From NCBI GenBank assembly GCA_002727195.1, contig PBWH01000023.1, forward strand, positions 72,268 through 136,267: 64,000 nucleotides of DNA, written 5' to 3'. The notes beneath the pieces are model-generated. The model searched no databases. It saw only the letters and a program-made list of their open reading frames with translations, and had not been told where the DNA came from. Below are positions 57,042 through 64,000 of this stretch, one piece after another. The position numbers were made by a program, and so were the translations under genes. Within the stretch, counting starts at the first letter, position 1. Every line of letters begins with the position of its first letter. Source of the stretch: Gemmatimonadota bacterium (GTDB lineage: Bacteria; Latescibacterota; UBA2968).

Positions 57042-59876
57042 ATGGCCTCAATGAGTGAACCAGCCAACAGAAGCCTGTTGATCCCCGCCCAGCGATGGAC
57101 ACTTCGCATCACGATCGGGCTCGGCGTGTTTATGATCGCGAACACGCTCTACCTGCTCGTAAACCGTCTGATCGACACGATGGGATGGCGGACGGTGACG
57201 GCTGGCGAGGCGTCGCTGCCAAAGTGGTTCCAGTTCCTGATCCTGTCGCACACCGGGATCGGGCTGGTGCTGGCGGCACTGGCGACGGCCTTCGCGTTGT
57301 GGCACCTGACGCGTGTGTGGGTTCGGCGACGGAACCGGACAGCGCTCGTCACGGGGGTCGTGGTTCTGACACTCGGGCTGGTGCTGACGGGGACGGGACT
57401 GTTGATCATCTCCGAGGCGAACAGCCGCGACAATCAGCTGGCATACTGGCTCCACGTGATCGCCGCCGTTCTGATGCCCCTCCTGTACATATGGCACCGG
57501 AGATCCTCGATCTGGCGCCCGACCGCTTTCGTCCAGAAGCGGGTGGTTCAGATGATCGCGGTGGCGACTGTCGTCTTTCTCGCCGGGCATTGGCTGTCGA
57601 GCGGCGAATCGGATCTGACGGTAGAGGCTGAAGAGGCGCTGGAACGGGGCGCGTACACCGGTCCCGGATCGAAACAGCGTGACCTCTCGGCGTTTGTCGG
57701 TGAGGCGGGCTTTGTGCCGGCGGCTTACGTGCCCGAGGGTAGCCCGTTCTTCCCCTCCGCGACCACGACCACCACAGGCGACTTCCTTCCTTCACGCATT
57801 ATCACGCGTGGTGACCTCAGTGATCGCACCTTTCTCGAAAAGGACCTGGATTCGCTCGGGTTCGTCGTGAATACACGGATCGGGGCGGAGACCTGCGAAC
57901 GCTGTCACCAGGACGTTACGGAGCAGTGGGCGTCGTCGGCGCATCGGTTCGCGTCGTTCAACAACCCGTTCTACGAAGCGACGATCAACTTGCTGCGCGA
58001 AACGGCCGATGACGGGATGGAGAAATCGAAATGGTGCAGCGGCTGTCACGATCCGTCGCTGATGCTGGCTGGACAGATGGACAAGCCGGTGGATCGGCGA
58101 ACGCCCGAAGCGCAGGCGGGGCTGACCTGTCTGGCCTGTCACGCGATCGACAGAATCCACAATCAGACGGGGAATGCGAATTACAACATCGCCGACGAAC
58201 GTGAGGACCCGTATGTGTTCCCGAATGCGAAGGACGGGCTCGGTCTGCTGATGCACGACACGGCGTTGAAGGCCCGTCCTCTCGTGCACAAGCAGCAACT
58301 ACAGAAGCCGTTCTTCAAGGAGGCGGAGTTCTGCGGGACGTGTCACAAGGTCAGCCTGGATGCACCGGTGAACGCGTATCGCTGGTTGCGTGGTCAGAAC
58401 GAGTACGACAACTGGCACGATAGCGGGGTCTCGCTGAACGCGTCGCGGACGTTCTACCTTCCGGAGACGAAGCGCGTCTGTCAGGATTGTCATATGCCGC
58501 TTGAACCGGCTCCGCTCGGGGATCTGGCGGCGAAGGACGGGCTCGTGAAGTCGCACCGGTTCGCGGCGGCGAATACGGCGTTGCCCTACCTGAGGGGCGA
58601 CCGGAAGACGGTCGAGCGGATGGAGCTGTTTCTGAAGGACGAGAAGGTCACGGTCGATCTGTTCGCGCTGCGACGTGGCCCCCGGTTCGAACAGATCTTG
58701 GCACCGATCAACCGGGCTTCGGCGACGGTCGCCCCCGGGGAGAAGATTCAGATCGATGTGGTTGTCAGGAATAAGGGCGTCGGACACACCTTCCCGGGTG
58801 GAACGAATGACTCAAACCAGGGCTGGATCGAGTTTCGCGTCTGGAGCGAGTCGGGAGATTTGGTCGCGGCGAGCGGACTTCTGGATGAGAACGAGGTCGT
58901 GGATCCGGAGGCCAGGTTCTATCACGCTGTGCTGGTCGACAAGAATGGGAATCGGATCCAGCGACGGGACGTCCACAACATCCACACGTCCGTCTATACA
59001 CGCGTGATTGGGCCAGGATCGGCCGACGTGGGTCGCTATCGCTTTACGGTCCCCGACACCTTGGCCGGACAGAGGCTGACGATTCAGGCGCGCCTGATGT
59101 GGCGGAAGTTCGATCGGGCGTACAGTGAGTTCGCCTACAAAGCGAATCCGGAAGGCTTCAAGGCCTTTGAGGATGCACCAATCCTGCCCATCACGGAGAT
59201 GGATATCGATACGGAGATCCTTACCGTTCGATCGGCCAGTCCTCCGGTAACGTTGACCGATCAGGAGGACTGGGAACGGTTCAACGACTACGGTATCGGC
59301 TTGCTAATTCAAGGGGATACCCGCGGTGCGTCGATGGCGTTCGAAGCGGTGGCGGACGCGGACGCGAGTCGACTCGACGGGTATCGGAACCTGGCGCGGG
59401 TGGCGGTTCAAGACGGGAATATCCAAGCGGCCTACGAGAACCTGGAAAAGTGCGAGACACTGTTTCCCGGTGACGCGCAGACGGCGTGGGTGTGGGGGAC
59501 GGCGCATCAGCGAGCAGGACGATACGACGAGGCGGCGGGCGCGTTTGAGCGGGTGCTGAAGACGTTCCCGGAAGATCGGGCAGCCTGGCGCAGTCTGGGA
59601 CGGGTCTCATATCTGAACGGGGATTTCGAGAAGGCCGTGTCCGCCCTGGAACGCGTCCTGGAGATCGATCCCGAAGACCGGGCCGCACACTACCACCGGA
59701 TGCTGGCGCTGAAGGCGTTGGGACGCGTGGAGGAGGCCGCCGCGGCCGAGCGTGCGTATCTCAAGTACCAGATCGACGAGTCGGCGCGCGAAGTGGTTCA
59801 GGCATTTCTGCTGGAGCATCCAGAAGTGGAGCGTGCCGCTCAAGCGATCCAGGTTCACTACCCACGGCCGCAGTAG
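57042..59876 (+). CDS. membrane-anchored pentaheme c-type cytochrome with a C-terminal TPR domain
   Basis: ORF 57012..59876; the likely start is ATG 57042. Five predicted N-terminal TM helices carry conserved His residues. There are five CxxCH motifs (CERCH, CSGCH, CLACH, CGTCH, CQDCH). The C-terminal TPR repeats include ...AYENLEKCETLFPGDAQTAWVWG.... Confidence 0.85.
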   Translation: MASMSEPANRSLLIPAQRWTLRITIGLGVFMIANTLYLLVNRLIDTMGWRTVTAGEASLPKWFQFLILSHTGIGLVLAALATAFALWHLTRVWVRRRNRTALVTGVVVLTLGLVLTGTGLLIISEANSRDNQLAYWLHVIAAVLMPLLYIWHRRSSIWRPTAFVQKRVVQMIAVATVVFLAGHWLSSGESDLTVEAEEALERGAYTGPGSKQRDLSAFVGEAGFVPAAYVPEGSPFFPSATTTTTGDFLPSRIITRGDLSDRTFLEKDLDSLGFVVNTRIGAETCERCHQDVTEQWASSAHRFASFNNPFYEATINLLRETADDGMEKSKWCSGCHDPSLMLAGQMDKPVDRRTPEAQAGLTCLACHAIDRIHNQTGNANYNIADEREDPYVFPNAKDGLGLLMHDTALKARPLVHKQQLQKPFFKEAEFCGTCHKVSLDAPVNAYRWLRGQNEYDNWHDSGVSLNASRTFYLPETKRVCQDCHMPLEPAPLGDLAAKDGLVKSHRFAAANTALPYLRGDRKTVERMELFLKDEKVTVDLFALRRGPRFEQILAPINRASATVAPGEKIQIDVVVRNKGVGHTFPGGTNDSNQGWIEFRVWSESGDLVAASGLLDENEVVDPEARFYHAVLVDKNGNRIQRRDVHNIHTSVYTRVIGPGSADVGRYRFTVPDTLAGQRLTIQARLMWRKFDRAYSEFAYKANPEGFKAFEDAPILPITEMDIDTEILTVRSASPPVTLTDQEDWERFNDYGIGLLIQGDTRGASMAFEAVADADASRLDGYRNLARVAVQDGNIQAAYENLEKCETLFPGDAQTAWVWGTAHQRAGRYDEAAGAFERVLKTFPEDRAAWRSLGRVSYLNGDFEKAVSALERVLEIDPEDRAAHYHRMLALKALGRVEEAAAAERAYLKYQIDESAREVVQAFLLEHPEVERAAQAIQVHYPRPQ

Positions 59877-59928
59877 CAACGCCTGTATCTCACCGAAACC
59901 ACATCGTTCCCGTTGTGTCCAATCAGGC

Positions 59929-60927
59929 GTGCTCAGCAACTACCTAACAGTTGTCATCAGGAACCTGCGCCGTCACTGGGCTTACGCCCTGATCAACGTG
60001 CTCGGTCTGGCGATCGCCTTGACCTGTGCCCCGCAGATCCGAGCTACGTCCGTCACGCGCTGACTTACGATGCCCACCTTGACACAGCGAAACGCGTGCA
60101 TCGCCTGGTACGCCTGGATTCGACAGGACCGGACGACGATCCGTACTGGACGGAGACCCACAGCGCGAGAGCGATGGTGGTCTCCGTCCGTGAGGTCCCC
60201 GGTATCGAGAGTGCAATCAAGATGTTCTCACGGGAGATGTGGGTGTATCACGGCGACCAGAGCCGTAAAGGGCTCGCGGCTTCGCCGACACGGCATATGT
60301 CGACTACCTGGGCTACGCGGCGGTCGAGGGCGATCCACGCGAGATCCTCAGGCGTCCGGGATCGGCGATGATCATGGACTGACTTTACCCTCACGTCACG
60401 TGCGGACGAAATCCAGCGCGTGTTTACGGCTTTGCCGGGCCTAATCGATGCGACGGCATGTCACCAACCCTTGGGCGGGTGGGCAAACGCAGAACGCCAA
60501 ACTGTCTATCGAGAGAGTCGACCAGAAGAGTCCTACTACATCGCGTGCGACGAGCACTTTCTCGACACGTTCGGACCGGAGTTGATCGAATGGCCGACAC
60601 TTAGACAGGGCGTCGAGGGCACCGAATGCATCATCAACGAGCGCGCCGCGGATCGGCTCGGATTCTATCTACCGGCAGGTTCAAGCCTCCCGAGAGTATC
60701 CCCCCTAGGGTCGCGCATAAGTGTCGAGTGGTCCGGGATGCGGGAAGTTGTAGGGGTCGTACGGAATTTCCAGCACGGAACGCTTCGACGGGGGATCGAA
60801 CCGCTCATTGTGGTCTGATGTTAACCGCGGGATCGTCGTGAGCCTCGCGCTGGCCTTTGGTTCGGTCGCCTGGCAGGCGTGGTCCGCGTCCCGAATGAAC
60901 CCCGTCGACGTCCTCCGAGCGGCATAA
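59929..60927 (+). pseudogene. MacB/FtsX-type ABC transporter permease, collapsed remnant (multiple frameshifts and internal deletions)
   Basis: GTG 59929 opens LSNYLTVVIRNLRRHWAYALINVLGLAIALTCA, the typical MacB-like N-terminus. Periplasmic-domain fragments follow in other frames, including ORF 60420..60818. The C-terminal tail ...SRMNPVDVLRAA ends at TAA 60927. The locus is about 1 kb, against my recollection of about 2.4 kb for intact family members. Confidence 0.65.
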
Positions 60928-61018
60928 CCCTACTTTCATCTTCCGATTCCCTCCCGTTCCACCTATCTTTCGTTTGGCGTGACGGTCATGCCGCCTTCAT
61001 TCCAATTTCCAGAAGCTT

Positions 61019-62806
61019 TTGATCCATAGGATTCACCAGCTGTCTCGTCCTGCGCTCACTCTCTGCTGTACCCTCTTTCTGCTCCGTTGCAGTCAGGAAC
61101 CGACCCCTGAACCCGTAGATACCTCGACGTATACCGGTACCGTGCCCTCGGTTGACAGTGCGGCAGGTCCACCTGCGATTCGGTTCACCGATGTCACCGA
61201 ATCGTCAGGGATCGACTTTGTCCACGCGACAGGGGCATTCGGGGAGAAGCTAATGCCCGAAAGCCTGACCGGTGGCGCGGTGCTGTTCGACTATGACGGG
61301 GATGGCCGTCTGGATATTCTGTTCCTGAACGGCACTGACTGGCCCGGCCACGAGACCCCGGATCCGCCGACGGCCAGGCTGTATCGCAACCTGGGCGAGA
61401 TGGGCTTCGCGGATGTGACGGCGAAGGCCGGACTCGATATCGCCTTCTACGGGATGGGGGGGACGGCCGCTGATTACGACGGCGATGGCGACACCGACCT
61501 TCACCTGACGAGTGTCGGAGACAACCTGCTGCTGCGGAACGATCAGGGACGGTTCGTCGACGTGACGTCCACAGCTGGTGTTGGCGGTGGACGTTGGAAA
61601 ACCGAACAGGGCGTTTCACATCCTGAATGGTCGACGGCTGCTGCGTGGGTGGACGTCGATCGGGACGGATGGCTCGACCTGTTCGTCGGGAACTATGTAC
61701 AGTGGTCGCCAGAGACAGACCTGTTCACGTCGGTCGACGGGGTGAACAAATCCTACGCGACGCCTTCGGAGTATCGGGGCCTGACGTCGCGACTTTATCG
61801 GAACCTGGGTGATGGACGGTTCGAAGAGGTAACGGATGGGGCCGGGGTCAACAACCCGGATGGGAAGACGCTCGGTGTTGCCATCGCCGACTACGACCGC
61901 GACGGCGATCCTGACATCATCGTGACAAATGACACACAGCCGAATTTCCTCTACAAGAACAGGGGAGACGGTACGTTCGAAGACATCGCGCTAACGGCGG
62001 GGGTGGCGTATGACGGGGCGGGACGGGCACGCGCGGGGATGGGCGTCGACGTCGCTAGCGTCGACGGCGAAGGCTCGATCGGCATCGCGATCGGCAACTT
62101 CTCCCGCGAGTCACTGTCGCTCTATGTCCAGTCGTTCGAGGATCTGTTCGTCGACTTCGCCGGTAAGAAACGAATCGCCACACCGACCCTTCTGCCGCTT
62201 ACTTTCGGCGTGACGTTCAGCGACGTCGACCTCGATGGTTATCAGGATATCATCTGCGTGAACGGACACCTGGAACCGGAGATCAACCGGGTGTTGAAGG
62301 AGATCTCGTATCGCCAGTTGCCTCAGCTGTTCTGGAATCAGCGTGGAACGGGATACGTCGATGTCAGCGCCGAATCGGGTGATGCCTTTGGGCGACCGAT
62401 CGTCGGTCGCGGGTTGGCGTATGGCGACCTGGACGGCGACGGGGATCTTGATCTCGTGATGACCGAGAACGGGGGGCCACCGATCATTGCCCGGAACGAT
62501 ACGGAGACAGGACACGCGATCCGTGTGCGACTCATCGGGGAGACCTCGAATCGGTCCGCGATCGGCGCGATTGTCCGGGTTGTGGCCGGGGAGATCGACC
62601 GAAGACAGATGGTCCGTACCGGGTCCTCCTACCTGAGTCAGAACGAGATCACCCTGACGTTTGGATTGGACACCCTTGCCTCAGCAGACTCCGTTATCGT
62701 GACCTGGAATGACGGCGCATCGATCGTGTTGCGCGACGTGATGGCGGACAGAACCCTGACGATCTCAGCCGATGGACTTACAAAGGAGGAGCCATTTGTT
62801 CCGTAG
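61019..62806 (+). CDS. FG-GAP/VCBS-repeat protein with a C-terminal ASPIC/UnbV domain (CRTAC1 family), secreted or lipoprotein
   Basis: 595-aa ORF with a hydrophobic N-terminus, ...PALTLCCTLFLLRCSQ. Repeated DYDGDGxxD FG-GAP Ca-loops are present. The C-terminal NRSAIGAIVRVVAG...RTGSSYLSQNE is the UnbV_ASPIC signature. Confidence 0.85.
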   Translation: MIHRIHQLSRPALTLCCTLFLLRCSQEPTPEPVDTSTYTGTVPSVDSAAGPPAIRFTDVTESSGIDFVHATGAFGEKLMPESLTGGAVLFDYDGDGRLDILFLNGTDWPGHETPDPPTARLYRNLGEMGFADVTAKAGLDIAFYGMGGTAADYDGDGDTDLHLTSVGDNLLLRNDQGRFVDVTSTAGVGGGRWKTEQGVSHPEWSTAAAWVDVDRDGWLDLFVGNYVQWSPETDLFTSVDGVNKSYATPSEYRGLTSRLYRNLGDGRFEEVTDGAGVNNPDGKTLGVAIADYDRDGDPDIIVTNDTQPNFLYKNRGDGTFEDIALTAGVAYDGAGRARAGMGVDVASVDGEGSIGIAIGNFSRESLSLYVQSFEDLFVDFAGKKRIATPTLLPLTFGVTFSDVDLDGYQDIICVNGHLEPEINRVLKEISYRQLPQLFWNQRGTGYVDVSAESGDAFGRPIVGRGLAYGDLDGDGDLDLVMTENGGPPIIARNDTETGHAIRVRLIGETSNRSAIGAIVRVVAGEIDRRQMVRTGSSYLSQNEITLTFGLDTLASADSVIVTWNDGASIVLRDVMADRTLTISADGLTKEEPFVP

Positions 62807-64000
62807 CCTGAATACTATTGCCCTGGTTGTCGGCCTCGCGGTGAACGCGAATGCGCAACTTCCGAGTCTGGACGCGGAGCGGTCCAAGAATCTGGGGATT
62901 GCCTACCTGGAACAGGAACAGCCCAGGACGGCGGCGGAGCAGTTCCGTCGTGTTTCTGAGCTGATGCCCCAGGAGGTGCTGGGCTACGCCAACCTGGCCG
63001 CAGCGTATTTACGGATGACAAAGATCGAAGCGGCTCTGATGTGGTTGGATGAGGCCGAGTCGTTGTCACCCGGTCATACTCACGTCCTGGCGCTCCGGGC
63101 CGAAGCAATGATCTCGTCCGGAAACTGGTCTGCCGCCACGGAAGCGCTTTCCCGGGCGATCGAAGCCTCGCCCGACAATCCCACGCTAAGATACGCCCGT
63201 CTGCTCGCGATCGAATCCGGGGGAGTGGACGATGCGGCGGAACGGATCGCGCAGGATGTGGCCACTCTGGTTCGTCTCGTGCCGGAGAATCCGGTCGTGC
63301 GACTCCGGGCGGCGAAGCTCTCTGCCGAGGATGGCGATTTCGCGGCGGCCCGCGATCACTACGGCACGGTCAGCGGTCTCGTCGAGGACGCCGGTGTGCC
63401 TCCCCGCGCGACGACGATCGTCGATCGTGGTCTTCAGGCGGAGAACGGGCCACTCGTCGTGCGAGGCTTGACGGTGATCGAGAACGTGCTGCGTCCCACG
63501 GAGCCCTACAAACAGGCGCTCCGCGCGATCAAAAGTCCCGTTGTTGGCCTGCCGATGCTGAAGTTCTCCGACGCCTTCTACGACCGTCTCAAGCAGGAGC
63601 GTCCGGGGTCTATTCCTGTGATCTGGGAGGTGCGGTCGGGCGTAGAGACGGACGCGAAAGGGACGTCCGGTCGACTAGATTTTGCGGATGTGAACGGTGA
63701 TGGGATCGAAGATTGGCTGGTGTCCATCGACGGTGAGGGCGGGTCGACGGAACTCTTCCTGTCCGACCGGCTGGGGGACGAAAACGGCACCGAGCCAGCA
63801 TTCCGGCACTCCCTCAAGCGTCCCCCTGGTCAGGCCCACTTTGTGGACTACGACAACGACGGATCGTTCGATCTCATCGGGACTGGACCGGATGGGGTCT
63901 GGCTGCAGAAGGGGATGCCGGACGGTTCATTCATCGGCGTGAATGATACCTCCGAACTTGCAGGAATCAACACAAGCCGGTTGGCCGTCCTCGATCTGGA
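62796..64000 (+). CDS. TPR + FG-GAP/VCBS-repeat protein (second CRTAC1-type protein), 3'-partial at the window end
   Basis: Open frame from TTG 62796, with AAGGAGGA 5 nt upstream and an 11-nt overlap with the previous gene. The signal peptide is FRSLNTIALVVGLAVNANA. TPR-like repeats follow, then DFADVNGDGIEDW and VDYDNDGSFDL FG-GAP loops. The frame runs off the window. Confidence 0.75.
   Translation, partial: MFRSLNTIALVVGLAVNANAQLPSLDAERSKNLGIAYLEQEQPRTAAEQFRRVSELMPQEVLGYANLAAAYLRMTKIEAALMWLDEAESLSPGHTHVLALRAEAMISSGNWSAATEALSRAIEASPDNPTLRYARLLAIESGGVDDAAERIAQDVATLVRLVPENPVVRLRAAKLSAEDGDFAAARDHYGTVSGLVEDAGVPPRATTIVDRGLQAENGPLVVRGLTVIENVLRPTEPYKQALRAIKSPVVGLPMLKFSDAFYDRLKQERPGSIPVIWEVRSGVETDAKGTSGRLDFADVNGDGIEDWLVSIDGEGGSTELFLSDRLGDENGTEPAFRHSLKRPPGQAHFVDYDNDGSFDLIGTGPDGVWLQKGMPDGSFIGVNDTSELAGINTSRLAVLDL

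Overview
GC-rich bacterial chromosomal segment (roughly 60% GC, estimated by eye). I found no rRNA, tRNA, CRISPR array, transposase or integrase. All calls rest on reading the supplied ORF track, retranslating junctions by hand and recognising motifs; no database search was run.

Content:
- About 3.3-52.8 kb is one large catabolic supercluster for sulfated or acidic polysaccharides.
  - Sulfatases: three intact formylglycine-type sulfatases, all leaderless, plus two decayed copies.
  - Lyase candidates: three (alpha/alpha)-toroid lyase-like proteins (one is heparinase II/III-like) and a secreted PL1 pectate lyase.
  - Other glycan-active candidates: a right-handed beta-helix protein, a BNR propeller, DUF3604, three paralogous five-bladed propellers and a GH109-like oxidoreductase.
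  - Sugar-acid enzymes: UxuA-like dehydratase, Udh-like SDR, CitE-like lyase, an IMDH-family dehydrogenase and a PhyH dioxygenase.
- A four-gene peptide/amino-acid operon is embedded in the supercluster: M24 peptidase, MR/MLE enzyme, DHDPS-like protein and SdaA.
- The right end (57-64 kb) carries a membrane-anchored pentaheme cytochrome c-TPR protein followed by two FG-GAP/UnbV (CRTAC1-type) proteins.

Most striking observation: roughly one third of the loci are disrupted.
- I count 17 in-frame stop codons in otherwise conserved ORFs: 10 TAG (one tentative), 5 TGA and 2 TAA.
- There are also more than a dozen frameshifts, several of them in homopolymer runs, and several truncated gene remnants.
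- Several internal TGAs sit exactly where a Trp is expected. Several internal TAGs sit where a Gln is expected.
- All three stop codons also terminate intact genes normally. I therefore favour GC-to-AT driven gene decay, or partly consensus error, over a reassigned genetic code.

Other sequence-level signals:
- A structured dispersed repeat occurs in inverted orientation on both sides of the GH109-esterase gene pair, with a compensatory base-pair change in its GGAA-tetraloop hairpin.
- A 14-bp perfect inverted repeat lies just upstream of the cytochrome gene.
- A nuclease ORF (DUF1016 N-domain fused to SNase) carries three amber codons and no frameshift.
- A GGCT gene has no canonical start and sits in frame directly behind the TAG of the upstream gene.
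- An AT-rich 230-bp island carries a TAATG-coupled small ORF.
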